NCBI GenBank assembly: GCA_040758355.1
Contig: JBFLWF010000008.1
Location: 1-64,000, forward strand
DNA length: 64,000 bases
Source: Nitrospirota bacterium
Lineage (GTDB): Bacteria; Nitrospirota; Thermodesulfovibrionia; Thermodesulfovibrionales; Dissulfurispiraceae
Direction: 5' to 3'
In this document: positions 51,145 through 61,755 of the stretch, one piece after another
Layout of the letters: every line of letters starts with the position of its first letter
Numbering within the stretch: position 1 is the stretch's first letter
Notes under the pieces: generated by a model
What the model saw: only the letters and a program-made list of their open reading frames with translations
Told to the model about the DNA's origin: nothing
The model's database searches: none
Made by a program: the position numbers and the translations under genes

Positions 51145-51852
51145 ATGCTTATACTTATGCTGTCGTTTGCCTTTTATCTCTTTGCAACATGGGAAAGGCA
51201 TTTCTTATATATCGGTCTTATATTTCAAATCGCCTATCTGATTATGCGTGGGCTTCAACTGGAAAGGCTTCCCCTTGTAGGACCCCACGATACAATTACC
51301 TTTCTCTCGGCATCTGTCGTGGCATTCTCAATCCCGTTCAATGTTGTATTAAAAAGGCGTCAATTTCAGAGCATCATCGCAGTAATGGGTTCGGTCTTCA
51401 CTGCATTTGCCCTCGTATCAAAACAGCATAATGCACCCCTTCCGCCTGTTTTAAGGACATTGTGGTTCGAATCCCATGTTGTTCTGGCGTTTCTCTCTTA
51501 TGCACTTTTCGGCATTGCGGCTGTTTTGAGCGTACTTTTCTTAAAGGAGCGGGACAACTCTTTTGACGGTCTTCAATACAGGGCAGTGCTTATGGGCTAT
51601 TGCCTGTTCTCGATATCAATGATATTCGGCGGCATATGGGCATATCTTGCATGGGGGACTTACTGGCTATGGACTCCAAAGGAGCTCTGGACAACAATTC
51701 TATGGCTGTTTTACAGCCTTTATCTGCATGCGAGACTGAGGCAGTGGTGGATGGGTAAGCCGATGGCTGTTTTGGGTATTGTCGGCTTTGTTGTCGTATT
51801 GTTCACTTATCTCGGCGTGAGCCTTCTGATGAAAAGCTCACATAGTTTCTGA
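51145..51852 (+). CDS. ccsA: System II cytochrome c biogenesis protein (CcsA/ResC-like)
   Basis: WAYLAWGTYWLWTPKE (WWD domain) and conserved His residues. Confidence 0.9.
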   Translation: MLILMLSFAFYLFATWERHFLYIGLIFQIAYLIMRGLQLERLPLVGPHDTITFLSASVVAFSIPFNVVLKRRQFQSIIAVMGSVFTAFALVSKQHNAPLPPVLRTLWFESHVVLAFLSYALFGIAAVLSVLFLKERDNSFDGLQYRAVLMGYCLFSISMIFGGIWAYLAWGTYWLWTPKELWTTILWLFYSLYLHARLRQWWMGKPMAVLGIVGFVVVLFTYLGVSLLMKSSHSF

Positions 51853-51862
51853 GACATTAAAT

Positions 51863-52573
51863 ATGATAAAAATTCTTCTATCCATAAGAACAACCATATG
51901 GCTGCTCTGGTTTCTCATGGCCGTGCTCTTTGCAGGCGCATTTATAATGCCTGCAAGAGAAGAATTTCAGGCCATTCACTCGATGCCGCTTTTTGATTGG
52001 ATGAAGGTGCAGCCCATAAGTGTGACGTGGTGGCTGTGGTGCTCAATCATTATCCTTGCGATTCTCACAATCAATACTGTTTTTTGCAGTATTGAATCCA
52101 TTATAAAAAAGAGAAAGGCAACACAATGGCTTTTACTGATATCACCTCAGATAATACATATCGGTTTTCTATTTATGCTCCTTGCCCATCTCTTGAGTTC
52201 TACAGGAGGCTTTAAGGGGGTTGCAGTTGCAAGGGAAGGGGCATTTTTGAAAATGCCGGATGATGACATAACATTGAATGTTAAAGCTATAAACATAGAT
52301 GTTGATCAATACGGATACATAAATGACTGGGAAGTGAATGTGGAATATATTTCAGGGCAGAACAAAATCCTTAAAGACAGGATAAAACCTAATGCACCCT
52401 CTCTAAAGGAGGGATTCAATATCAATGTGAAGGATCTTCAGGCATTCCCTGAGAAAGCAGTTCTTCTTCAGGTAAGCAGGGAACCGGGAGCCTTGTGGGC
52501 ATTAATCGGCGGAATATTATTTATGGCAGGCATCATTATTCTCATTGTACTTAAGGTAAAGATGGAGAAATAG
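51863..52573 (+). CDS. Short ResB/CcsB-like partner
   Basis: NTVFCS, HIGFL and C-terminal EPG+TM; follows ccsA. Confidence 0.7.
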   Translation: MIKILLSIRTTIWLLWFLMAVLFAGAFIMPAREEFQAIHSMPLFDWMKVQPISVTWWLWCSIIILAILTINTVFCSIESIIKKRKATQWLLLISPQIIHIGFLFMLLAHLLSSTGGFKGVAVAREGAFLKMPDDDITLNVKAINIDVDQYGYINDWEVNVEYISGQNKILKDRIKPNAPSLKEGFNINVKDLQAFPEKAVLLQVSREPGALWALIGGILFMAGIIILIVLKVKMEK

Positions 52574-52622
52574 TATGATATAACTCATAGATTAGGAAAA
52601 TAGAATCCAGTATTATAAAAAC

Positions 52623-53114
52623 ATGAAACCATCCATACCGGAAATAGGGACAGTGATAAGGCTGCAGGGAGACATTGCTACTGTTATGCTAAAAGGCGGG
52701 GAGTCATGCAAGGGCTGCGGCCAGGCAAAGATTGGCCTTTGCAAGGCAGGAGGGACTACAATGATGCTCACTGTGAAAAACCCCATCGATGCAAAAATTG
52801 GAGACAGCGTTACCGTGGGAATAGACAAAGGAATTAAGACAAAGGGCTATTTCCTTGCTTTTATTATCCCTCTGCTTTCTCTTATCTTCGGCGCATTGGC
52901 AGGGCATATCGTCGGCAAACACCTTTCAATACCATCCCTTGAGGTTATGGCCGGATTTATAACCCTCTTGCTTGTATCCTTTTTCTCCTTCAGAAGGTTA
53001 AAGATCCTCGATTCATCTTCATCTATGGCAATAAAGTCTGTTATATCCGACAACAGGTTTTCAGAGTCCATAGAATCTGACGAAATGAGAAGGTATTCCG
53101 AATATTTGGTTTAA
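52623..53114 (+). CDS. RseC/MucC family protein
   Basis: CKGC...C, AKIGDSV and two TM segments. Confidence 0.8.
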   Translation: MKPSIPEIGTVIRLQGDIATVMLKGGESCKGCGQAKIGLCKAGGTTMMLTVKNPIDAKIGDSVTVGIDKGIKTKGYFLAFIIPLLSLIFGALAGHIVGKHLSIPSLEVMAGFITLLLVSFFSFRRLKILDSSSSMAIKSVISDNRFSESIESDEMRRYSEYLV

Positions 53115-53115
53115 A

Positions 53116-53430
53116 TTACTCCACCGGCGTTACAACTGCCATTACAACGAGCCTTTCGCCCTTATCAGCCCTGAAGCCGTGAGGAACCAACGGGTCGCAG
53201 AGTATGGCAGTCTTTTCATCCGCAACGATCTCCTCGTCTCCGACGATAAATGTCCCCTTGCCTTCAACGCAGTACATCATCAACCTTAACGGCGCCTTGT
53301 GAGGCTGCAATGCCTGCCCTGCCTCAAGGCACATCAATGCAACACGCATCTCGGGCTTGTCAGAAAGCATTTCCCTTGAGATCTTGTCAGGGTAAAATTT
53401 TATAAGCTTTTTAAGATCGATTACTTCCAT
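53116..53430 (-). CDS. Cupin domain protein
   Basis: EAGQALQPH...EGKG...PHG motif. Confidence 0.85.
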   Translation of the reverse strand: MEVIDLKKLIKFYPDKISREMLSDKPEMRVALMCLEAGQALQPHKAPLRLMMYCVEGKGTFIVGDEEIVADEKTAILCDPLVPHGFRADKGERLVVMAVVTPVE

Positions 53431-53459
53431 AGAATCCTCCTCTTTAAGTTGTTTTTATA

Positions 53460-53560
53460 AATTTAGCATTGAATAGATCATAAAACAATGATATTCATCA
53501 TAATGCCTAAAGATTTTTATGATTTAAATCATGGTGCTATAATTTGATTATATCTATATT
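53460..53560. promoter_or_regulatory. Divergent promoters with two ATGAT-N4-ATCAT CRP/FNR-type boxes
   Basis: Boxes at 53488-53501 and 53519-53532; -10 elements TAAATT (minus, 53460-65) and TATATT (plus, 53555-60). Confidence 0.6.
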
Positions 53561-53580
53561 AAAAACTAAGGAAGGTTTTT

Positions 53581-54165
53581 ATGGATAACACACAGAGAGA
53601 TTATGAGATTTCAGATGAAGACCTCAGGGCTGCCCTCAAGGAAATAAAGACATACGTGGATATTACCGAGGAAGACCTGAAGAAGATTTATTCCATCGCC
53701 TTAAGGCATGCAAAGGAAAGGCTCGCCTCCAAAATCCCTGTCAGTGATGTAATGACGAAAAATGTGATAACTGTTAAAAAGGATGCGGATATTCATGAAG
53801 TATCAAGACTCCTTTCAGAAAATAAAGTCAGCGGTCTGCCTGTTGTGGATGACGAAAATCACGTTATCGGTGTTGTTACAGAGGCGGATGTCCTTTCTAT
53901 GACTGGAATGAAGCACGGGCACACATTTAAGGACATCATAAGGCATATCCTTGGAGAGCCTCTGCCGGAGCGAAAGGCTGGCAGCAGGGTGGAAGATGTG
54001 ATGACATCTCCTGCAATAACAACAAAACCTGATGCAGATATAAGGGAAGTGGCAAGGATTCTTGATGAAAGGAGGATCAAGCGACTTCCTGTAGTGAATG
54101 AAGAAAACAAACTCATAGGAATAATCTCGAGGGCAGACATAGTTAGAGCAACAGGAAAAAAATGA
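53581..54165 (+). CDS. CBS-pair domain protein
   Basis: VSDVMT...GLPVVD and VEDVMT...RLPVVN motifs. Confidence 0.9.
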   Translation: MDNTQRDYEISDEDLRAALKEIKTYVDITEEDLKKIYSIALRHAKERLASKIPVSDVMTKNVITVKKDADIHEVSRLLSENKVSGLPVVDDENHVIGVVTEADVLSMTGMKHGHTFKDIIRHILGEPLPERKAGSRVEDVMTSPAITTKPDADIREVARILDERRIKRLPVVNEENKLIGIISRADIVRATGKK

Positions 54166-54707
54166 ATATAAGCGAATACTTTTCAAAGATGAAGGGCGGT
54201 GCAAAGAGCCCTCCAGGAGTCGGTTTAACAGAGATGCTCTGGTCATGGCTCGGCGCTGTGATAGGTATCGGCATTTGCGGCTATCTCTCCTCAAAGTATT
54301 TTGAGCCGAGGGATTTGACATTGATAATTGGCTCATTTGGTGCGTCTGCAGTGCTTGTTTATGGCGCAATCAAAAGCCCCCTTGCCCAGCCGAGAAACCT
54401 TATCGGAGGCCATATAATATCAGGGCTTGTTGGCGTTGCATGCTATCAATTGTTCGGTGATGTTATATGGATGGCCGCTGCCCTCGGCGTATCCCTTGCC
54501 ATTGTGGCGATGCTTGCTACAAAGACGGTTCACCCGCCTGGCGGTGCAACTGCATTGATTGCCGTTATAGGAGGCAAAAAGATACATGACCTCGGTTTTT
54601 TGTACGCATTTTTACCTGCCGGAGCAGGTGCTCTTATTTTATTAGTTGTTGCGCTTCTGGTTAATAATATTTCTAAGAACAGAAGGTATCCGGAATACTG
54701 GCTTTAA
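54162..54707 (+). CDS. HPP family membrane protein
   Basis: SFGASAVL, SPLAQPRN and HPPGGA motifs. Confidence 0.92.
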   Translation: MNISEYFSKMKGGAKSPPGVGLTEMLWSWLGAVIGIGICGYLSSKYFEPRDLTLIIGSFGASAVLVYGAIKSPLAQPRNLIGGHIISGLVGVACYQLFGDVIWMAAALGVSLAIVAMLATKTVHPPGGATALIAVIGGKKIHDLGFLYAFLPAGAGALILLVVALLVNNISKNRRYPEYWL

Positions 54708-54710
54708 CTT

Positions 54711-57509
54711 TCAATCATTTAATCTGTCCCAGAAGTTCTTTGTCAGTGCTCTCTTTTCATTCAGAGAGCTTAGGATTTTTCTTTCGTCCATATCCATAAA
54801 GTTAGCAAGGCTCTGCACGATGGTGCTACCCTCTTTTAGAAGGGATTCATTCCTTAGCCTGAGCATGGTTTCGATGGTCCTGTAAAACATATAAGTCTCT
54901 TTTAACATTATTGCATTGCTATTCTTCAGTATGCCGCTTTTGCTGAGACGGTTAACTGTATCAAGGGTTCCCTGAACAAGTATCTGCGGGTTGTCCCTGC
55001 AGTTTTTAAGCTGCAGATACTGAATGATAAACTCAAGCTCCTCAAGGCCGCCGCTTCCAAGCTTTATATCATAAGTGCCGGGGACTTCCTTTGATAGTTC
55101 TTTTTGAATCCTTTCCCTCATTTTTTTTATGTCGCTTGCTGTTATTTCACTGCCCCTTTCCATTAAAACCTCTCTTCTCAGTTCCATGAATTTGAAATTT
55201 GAAATTTGAAACTTGAAATTACAGATGGGTCGTGCCTTTAAAAGTGCCTGAAGTTCCCAAACCTGTGCATGCTTCAGGTAATAATCCCTGAGGCCTTTCA
55301 GAGAGCTTACAAGCGGCCCCTTGCTGCCTTCAGGTCTCAGGCGGGTGTCAACCCTGTATGCTATCCCATCCTTTGTGTATGACATGCAGAGCCGCAGCAA
55401 CTGCTCTGCTGCCTTTATATCTGCTTCTGCTGGTTCGTCAGATGTTATAAATATCAAATCGAGATCGGAGTTGAAAATAATCTCCCTGCCTCCCAATTTC
55501 CCGAAGGCAACAATATTCAATGAGGTCCCGTGCCGTTCAAGCAGTGCTGATAAGATTACATCCGCTGCTTTGCTCAGGGTCTTCATGAGTTCTATGACAT
55601 CTATTTTCCTGTCCATGAAAAGAAGTCCGAGTTTTATCTCCTCAAACCTTCTGAGCAGTCTTATGGCCGTGGTTTCCCCGTGTCTTTCGATTAAGAGTTT
55701 TAGTTCGTTTTTCAATGCCCTCGCTGATTTCTTTCTTGCTTCGCCCTCAACTATGGACTCGATATATTCAGGACTGCTCATAAGTATCTTTGACAGATAT
55801 TCGCTTTGCGAGAAGATAAAATTGAGTACAGAGATCATTTCAGGTCTTTGTGCTATGGCTTCCAGATAGGATTCCTTTGAGGCTAAAATGCTCGAAAGAT
55901 CGACTAACTGAAGCAGGGCGAGGTCAGGGTTTATGCCCTTGATCGCTTCATCCACAAATCTCGGAAGAATATCCTCGAGGAGCCTCCTTCCCCTTATTGT
56001 CTGGAAGGAGTATATATTGTTTCTTATCCTGGTGAGATGGTGCATGGCCCTTTTCATATCCGTTATCTTCGTCTTTGAAAGCTCTTCTGCCATGAGGTGT
56101 TCAACAGGTGTTTCCATATCCCAGAAAATGCTGCTCAATAAGCCGTGAGGTGGTTCTTTTCTGGATTCCAAAAGTGAATCGTATATTGTCCTTACTTTAT
56201 GTCTTCTCCTGTTAAGCTCTGATAAAAATGCCGACCTGTCTGGAAATCCCATCTTTTTTCCGAGGATATCCAGTTCCATGTCGCTGGATGGAAGGGCATG
56301 TGTCTGGATGTCATTCAATTGTTGGAGCCTGTGTTCAAGTGTTCTTAAGAATATATAATTGTCCAAAAGCTGGCCGTAGTCTTCATAACCTATAAATCCC
56401 TTTTGCAGGAGTTTATGTAAGGCCTTGAATGTACTCCGTTCCCTTAAAGACGGCTCTTTGCCTCCATAGATCAACTGGAATATCTGTATGAAAAATTCTA
56501 TTTCCCGTATGCCTCCATAGCCCCGTTTTATATCCCTGCTCAACGTTCCTGCTTTTATCTGCTCAACCTGTGACTTCATCCTCCTGATTTCGTCAATGGC
56601 CTCAAAATCAAGGTATTTTCTGTAGACAAAGGGCCTTATTGAATTCAAAAACTCCTGTCCTAACTGCATGTCTCCTGCTATCGGCCTTACCCTGAGAAGT
56701 GCAGCCCTTTCCCATAACTGCCCCCATGATTCATAGTATTCCTCGTAACCTCTTAGCGACAGGACTAAACTGCCGCGCTGCCCCTGAGGTCTTAATCTCA
56801 AATCAACCCTGTAGGCAAAGCCGTCCTCTGTATTTGCAGAAAGAAACCGTGTGTATTCCTCAACAAGCTTTGTGTAATACTCGAAGGCAGAGATTTTGTT
56901 TATGGTCATGCCATGAATCGTAGATATCCCGCTGGTCTCGCCTTCTTCTTTGTAAACAAAGATTATGTCCACATCAGAACTGTAATTAAGCTCCAGAGCA
57001 CCCAGCTTTCCGAGGGCTATTACAGCAATGGAATTGTTTTCAGGGACGCCATATCTCAGCTTGAGAAAGGGTTCTACAAAATCCAATGATTCCCATAAAA
57101 TTGCATCGGCAAGATTGCTCATATCAAGCATTATCTCCTGAAGCTCTGATAGTTTAAGGATATCCTTCAGTGTGACAATCAAAAATTTATTTTTCCTGAA
57201 ATTGCGAATTGCCTTCATGCCATCATTTATGGAATTGCAGGAGGAAAGCGATCCCTTTAATTCAATCCGTAGCTGTTCAGTGTCAAAGGATATATTGAGA
57301 TTATCAATGGCATGGAACAATGCATCGGGGTTTTTCACAGAATAATTGGCAAGGAACTGGCTATACGAAAAGAGGGTGGAAACTTCAGTTATGCGGGCAT
57401 TCAATTTTTCTGCATATTCTGGATTTTCAGAGAGGAATGATTGTATGTTTTTTTGTGCCCTTTCAGGATCGGGGAGATCATAGTTCATAGCTGATGGTTG
57501 ATAGCTCAT
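54711..57509 (-). CDS. glnE: Glutamine synthetase adenylyltransferase/adenylyl-removing enzyme
   Basis: Two nucleotidyltransferase modules (GKLGALELNYSSDVD and GKLGGREIIFNSDLD) with VDLRLRP / VDTRLRP. Confidence 0.92.
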   Translation of the reverse strand: MSYQPSAMNYDLPDPERAQKNIQSFLSENPEYAEKLNARITEVSTLFSYSQFLANYSVKNPDALFHAIDNLNISFDTEQLRIELKGSLSSCNSINDGMKAIRNFRKNKFLIVTLKDILKLSELQEIMLDMSNLADAILWESLDFVEPFLKLRYGVPENNSIAVIALGKLGALELNYSSDVDIIFVYKEEGETSGISTIHGMTINKISAFEYYTKLVEEYTRFLSANTEDGFAYRVDLRLRPQGQRGSLVLSLRGYEEYYESWGQLWERAALLRVRPIAGDMQLGQEFLNSIRPFVYRKYLDFEAIDEIRRMKSQVEQIKAGTLSRDIKRGYGGIREIEFFIQIFQLIYGGKEPSLRERSTFKALHKLLQKGFIGYEDYGQLLDNYIFLRTLEHRLQQLNDIQTHALPSSDMELDILGKKMGFPDRSAFLSELNRRRHKVRTIYDSLLESRKEPPHGLLSSIFWDMETPVEHLMAEELSKTKITDMKRAMHHLTRIRNNIYSFQTIRGRRLLEDILPRFVDEAIKGINPDLALLQLVDLSSILASKESYLEAIAQRPEMISVLNFIFSQSEYLSKILMSSPEYIESIVEGEARKKSARALKNELKLLIERHGETTAIRLLRRFEEIKLGLLFMDRKIDVIELMKTLSKAADVILSALLERHGTSLNIVAFGKLGGREIIFNSDLDLIFITSDEPAEADIKAAEQLLRLCMSYTKDGIAYRVDTRLRPEGSKGPLVSSLKGLRDYYLKHAQVWELQALLKARPICNFKFQISNFKFMELRREVLMERGSEITASDIKKMRERIQKELSKEVPGTYDIKLGSGGLEELEFIIQYLQLKNCRDNPQILVQGTLDTVNRLSKSGILKNSNAIMLKETYMFYRTIETMLRLRNESLLKEGSTIVQSLANFMDMDERKILSSLNEKRALTKNFWDRLND
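55188..55220. repeat. In-frame TTTCAAA array in glnE
   Basis: Plus strand TTTGAAA x3, CTTGAAA; peptide NFKFQISNFKF. Confidence 0.88.
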
Positions 57510-57545
57510 GGTAATAAAAATAATACCACGAACTATGAGCTAACT
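57476..57545. repeat. ATSARCT heptamer cluster forming the glnE N-terminus, with an inverted partner upstream
   Basis: Sense ATGAGCT ATCAACC ATCAGCT ATGAACT ATGATCT (MSYQPSAMNYD); ACGAACT ATGAGCT on the opposite strand at about 57528-57541. Confidence 0.65.
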
Positions 57546-57558
57546 GGAATTTATGCGC

Positions 57559-58392
57559 TTAATCTCGCCATAACCTCGGATCAAGGGCGTCCCTTAATCC
57601 TTCGCCAAAGAGGTTGTAGCTGAGCACAGTGATAAGAATAGCAATGCCTGGGAAAAGGGATAGCCACCATGCTATCTCTATATTGTCCTTCCCTGATGTG
57701 AGCATATTGCCCCAGCTGGGTGTAGGAGGCTGAACCCCTATGCCGAGAAAACTTAAAGCCGATTCCACCAGTATCGCGCTTGCCACGCCAAGAATAGCAG
57801 AAACGAACACGGGAGCCATGCTGTTTACCATAATGTGTCTTGAGATTATTCTCATATCGCTTGCCCCCAGCGCCTTTGCAGCGAGGACAAATTCCCTCTC
57901 TTTCAATGATAGAAATTCTGCCCTTACAAGTCGTGCTACTCCCATCCATGATGTAAACCCTATAACGATCATAATGTTCCAGATACTCGGCCCGACAAAG
58001 GCGATGACAGCAAGGACCAGAAAGAATGTCGGAATAGAAAGCATTATATCAATAAACCGCATCATTGCCCTGTCAGTCCAGCCGCCATAGTATCCTGATA
58101 CCGCACCGAGCAGCATGCCTATAATTGTTGCTATGCCTACGGCAATAAAGCCGACTGCCAGTGATATCCGGCTGCCATGCACCATTCGTGATAAAACATC
58201 CCTGCCGAGGTCATCGGTTCCAAGGGGATGCCTCGCGCCCGGAGGCTCAAGGATGTGTTTTCTGTCAATATCGTTGGGATTAAAGGGAGAAATGAAAGGC
58301 GCAAGCACCGCAATAACAAAAAGGACAACCACGATAACTCCGCCTGCTACTGCAAGTTTATTCCTTTTAAACCTCTTCCAAAATATCTTCAT
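57559..58392 (-). CDS. Peptide/nickel ABC permease (DppC/OppC-like)
   Basis: HPLGTDDLGRD, EAA loop and SFLGIG motifs. Confidence 0.93.
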   Translation of the reverse strand: MKIFWKRFKRNKLAVAGGVIVVVLFVIAVLAPFISPFNPNDIDRKHILEPPGARHPLGTDDLGRDVLSRMVHGSRISLAVGFIAVGIATIIGMLLGAVSGYYGGWTDRAMMRFIDIMLSIPTFFLVLAVIAFVGPSIWNIMIVIGFTSWMGVARLVRAEFLSLKEREFVLAAKALGASDMRIISRHIMVNSMAPVFVSAILGVASAILVESALSFLGIGVQPPTPSWGNMLTSGKDNIEIAWWLSLFPGIAILITVLSYNLFGEGLRDALDPRLWRD

Positions 58393-58395
58393 ATC

Positions 58396-59394
58396 TCACT
58401 TCACCCTTATCCTCGGGTCTGCGAGCATGTAGCCGATATCTGCCAGCAGGTTTCCTATCAATGTCAATATTGCCCCGATTGTCAAAATACCCATTATCAG
58501 CGGATAATCCCTTGTCATTACACCCATAAAGAAGAGCTGGCCCATGCCCGGAATGCCGAATATATTTTCGAATATAACACTTCCGCCGATGAGTCCGGGG
58601 ACAGAAAGTCCGAGCAATGTGATGATGGGCAAAAGCGCATTTCTCAGGGCATGTCCGTATATAACCCTCTTTTCGGATAATCCCTTTGCCCTCGCTGTTG
58701 TAACATAATCCTGCCTCAGCACCTCAAGCATGCTGCCCCTCATGTATCTTGAAAGACCCGCAAGACCTCCAAAGGAAGAGACAAAGACAGGGAGCAAAAG
58801 ATGAAGGGTCCTATCCCATATCTTCTCCATGAGTGTCAGCGAGTCATAGTTCATGGACTTAAGCCCTGATATTGGAAGCCAGCCAAGATGCACCCCAAAA
58901 AGCATCATCAGCAGGAGGGCAAGCCAGAATGAAGGTATGGCAAAGCCTATGAAGACAGATGTGGTTGTAATCTTGTCATACAGTGAATACTGATGAGTTG
59001 CAGAAGATATGCCGACCGGTATCGCAATGATAAAGATTATAAGCATGGAAAGCACATTGATCAGAAACGTGATAAACAGCCTTCTTTCAAGCAGAGGCTT
59101 TTTCGTATCCCATATCCTTTCCATAACAGGTCTTCTGTCGCCTGAGAAGGATTCGCCGAAATCCAGTTTTACAATCCTTTTAAGCCACATGCCGTATTGA
59201 ACTATTATTGGCTTATCGAGCCCATAGTATTTTTCGAGCTTCAGCCTTGCCTCGGGCGTGATTTTGGGATTCAGCTCTGTGAGTATGTCTGTGGGCTTTC
59301 CAGGGGCAAGATGGATAATAAAAAATGAAAGCAGCGTAATCCCAAAGAGTGTTGGGATCATCTCAAGGAGTCGTTTAATGAGATAGGTCAGCAT
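58396..59394 (-). CDS. Peptide/nickel ABC permease (DppB/OppB-like)
   Basis: [22 protein letters not shown] and DPRI motifs. Confidence 0.93.
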   Translation of the reverse strand: MLTYLIKRLLEMIPTLFGITLLSFFIIHLAPGKPTDILTELNPKITPEARLKLEKYYGLDKPIIVQYGMWLKRIVKLDFGESFSGDRRPVMERIWDTKKPLLERRLFITFLINVLSMLIIFIIAIPVGISSATHQYSLYDKITTTSVFIGFAIPSFWLALLLMMLFGVHLGWLPISGLKSMNYDSLTLMEKIWDRTLHLLLPVFVSSFGGLAGLSRYMRGSMLEVLRQDYVTTARAKGLSEKRVIYGHALRNALLPIITLLGLSVPGLIGGSVIFENIFGIPGMGQLFFMGVMTRDYPLIMGILTIGAILTLIGNLLADIGYMLADPRIRVK

Positions 59395-59396
59395 CT

Positions 59397-61058
59397 TCAG
59401 GGCTCTATTCTATATCTCTGGAGTTTTTCCGGCACATACCATTTAGGGAGATTATAACTTATACCTATAGGCGAAGGCTTGATGCCTTTAATCCTTGAAT
59501 GTACAATCGGAATTGCATCGGGCACGTACAGAAAGACATACGGCAGGTCATCGGCAAGTATTTCCTGGATTTTATAGTATGCCTTTTTTCTTTCTTCTAT
59601 ATCGAATGTCCTCCGGCCTTTTTCGAGTAGCGTGTCCACTAATGGATTGCTATAGCCGACAAAATTAAATTCCTTTTCCCTTGTTTTGCCGGAGTGCCAG
59701 ATATCATACTGATCGGGGTCAAGGCCGATGCTCCAGCCGAGTATGACCGCCTCGAACCGTCTTTTATCGATAAACTCGTTGATGAATGTGCTCCATTCAA
59801 GCAGTCTTATCTCCACTTTTATGCCTACCCTTGCAAGTCTCCATTGAATAATAGTAGCCGTATTGATTCTCAGGCGGTTGCCCATATTGGTAAGAATAGT
59901 GAATTGGAATGGCTTGCCGTCCTTTTCTATAATTCCATCTCCATCGGTATCTTCCCATCCTGCTTCTTTCAGAAGCCTTTTTGCCTTCCCGTGGTCGAAT
60001 TCATATTTTTTTACATCTGGATTGTACGGCCATGTGTTTGGAACATAAGGACCCGTAGCAGGGCTGCCAAGTCCAAAGAGAACAACATCAATGATTTCGC
60101 TTTTATCTATGGCATGCGCTATTGCCTGCCTCACACGCTTATCTTTGAACCATGGATGCTTGAGATTAAACCCCATGTAAGTATAGTTGAATACAGGGTA
60201 GCGGAATTTCTGAAAGTTTTTTCTGAAGAAATCGGTATCGGTCTGTTTCGTATACTGAATCGGAGTAAGTCCCATCATATCGATTCCTCCTGCCTGCAGC
60301 TCTAAAAACAGCGTTGCCGGGTCAGGTATCACCCTGTAGATATATCTGTCTATATATGGCCTCCCGTCGAAATAACTCCTGTTTGAGTCAAGCACCACCT
60401 CCTGACCCGAAACCCATTTCTTAAGCTTGTAAGGACCTGTCCCGATGGGATTCCTTCCAAAATCGCTTTTTGTTATATCCTTGCCTTCAAGGAGATGTTT
60501 GGGAAGAACAACCAAATTCCCCCACGATGTGAGTGCAGGCGCAAACGGTTTTTTATACGTAACCCTGAATGTGTATCTGTCAAGGACTTCGAACTTTTTG
60601 ACCTGCATGTAATCCTCTTTGTAAGGCGTTGGTGTTTTTTCATCAATAATGGTCTTGTACCCAAACATCACATCGTCTGCTGTAAATTCGACTCCGTCAG
60701 CCCATTTGACTCCCTTTTTCAAGCGAAAGGCAATAACCATGCCGTCGGATGAGATAGTCCATGACTCTGCAAGGTCTCCTATAACGCTCAGGTCTGTATG
60801 ATATTTTACAATGCCGTTAAAAATCATTCCTGCCACGCTATGAGAAGCGCTATCGCCCGCAAGCATGGGAATGAGAGTGCTTGGCTCGCCTATGGTACCT
60901 TCTATAACGGCATCGCCATATGTTGCAGTTTCCCTGGGTTCTGTCTCTCTTCCCACAAGGTCTCTATGCGTAAGGTGAATGACGGTAAATGTTATAAGGG
61001 TTATCCCGAATATAAGGGGGATCATCAATAAAAGGCGTTTAAGGATGTATGAAAGCAT
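59397..61058 (-). CDS. Family 5 peptide-binding protein with a permease-like N-terminus
   Basis: DLAESW, FTADDV, PIGTGPY and [10 protein letters not shown] motifs; N-terminus resembles DppB TM1. Confidence 0.88.
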   Translation of the reverse strand: MLSYILKRLLLMIPLIFGITLITFTVIHLTHRDLVGRETEPRETATYGDAVIEGTIGEPSTLIPMLAGDSASHSVAGMIFNGIVKYHTDLSVIGDLAESWTISSDGMVIAFRLKKGVKWADGVEFTADDVMFGYKTIIDEKTPTPYKEDYMQVKKFEVLDRYTFRVTYKKPFAPALTSWGNLVVLPKHLLEGKDITKSDFGRNPIGTGPYKLKKWVSGQEVVLDSNRSYFDGRPYIDRYIYRVIPDPATLFLELQAGGIDMMGLTPIQYTKQTDTDFFRKNFQKFRYPVFNYTYMGFNLKHPWFKDKRVRQAIAHAIDKSEIIDVVLFGLGSPATGPYVPNTWPYNPDVKKYEFDHGKAKRLLKEAGWEDTDGDGIIEKDGKPFQFTILTNMGNRLRINTATIIQWRLARVGIKVEIRLLEWSTFINEFIDKRRFEAVILGWSIGLDPDQYDIWHSGKTREKEFNFVGYSNPLVDTLLEKGRRTFDIEERKKAYYKIQEILADDLPYVFLYVPDAIPIVHSRIKGIKPSPIGISYNLPKWYVPEKLQRYRIEP

Positions 61059-61095
61059 ATATGTAAATTAATGGATGAAAGGATTAAAGTCAATA

Positions 61096-61755
61096 TTACT
61101 GGGTTATTTTTATAATCCCACGTTGTATGGCAAATTTTAACAATCCGGAGCGGCTGTGTATGTCGAGCTTTTCGCTTATATTTGTCTGATGTGCAATGAC
61201 TGTTTTTACGCTTATGTTTAACAGTTCTGCCATCTCTTTATGAGTATATCCCTCTGCTATCAGTTTCAAGACCTGCTTTTCCCTGTCGGTCAGTTTTTCA
61301 TAAGGGTCTTCCACCATTGTCTGCCTGTCTTTGCCAAGATAGCCTGCAACAACCTCCGAAGTAATTGATGAATGGAGATATAATTCTCCCCTGTTGATGG
61401 CCCTTAAAGCTGCAATGAGGTCGCTTCCCACTGCCTTTTTAAGCAGGTATCCTGATACGCCGGCCTTTAAAAACCTCGATATGTATTCCCTGTCTTCATA
61501 CTGAGTGAGCACAAGTATCTTTGTGTCAGGGTTTATTTTTTTCATCTCAATTGTTGCCTCATATCCGCCGAGCCTCGGCATGTTTATATCCATGACAACC
61601 ACATCTGGATGAAGTCTGCCTGTCTTTTCTATTGCCTCGATGCCGTCCGATGCCTCTGCAACCACTTCAATGTCATCGCATGTCTTAAGGAATGCTGCAA
61701 TCCCCTCCCTTACAAGCACATGGTCGTCTGCAATAAGAACCTTTATTTTAGACAT
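61096..61755 (-). CDS. NarL/LuxR family response regulator
   Basis: IADDH, MDINMP and LTDREKQVL...ISVKTV motifs. Confidence 0.95.
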   Translation of the reverse strand: MSKIKVLIADDHVLVREGIAAFLKTCDDIEVVAEASDGIEAIEKTGRLHPDVVVMDINMPRLGGYEATIEMKKINPDTKILVLTQYEDREYISRFLKAGVSGYLLKKAVGSDLIAALRAINRGELYLHSSITSEVVAGYLGKDRQTMVEDPYEKLTDREKQVLKLIAEGYTHKEMAELLNISVKTVIAHQTNISEKLDIHSRSGLLKFAIQRGIIKITQ

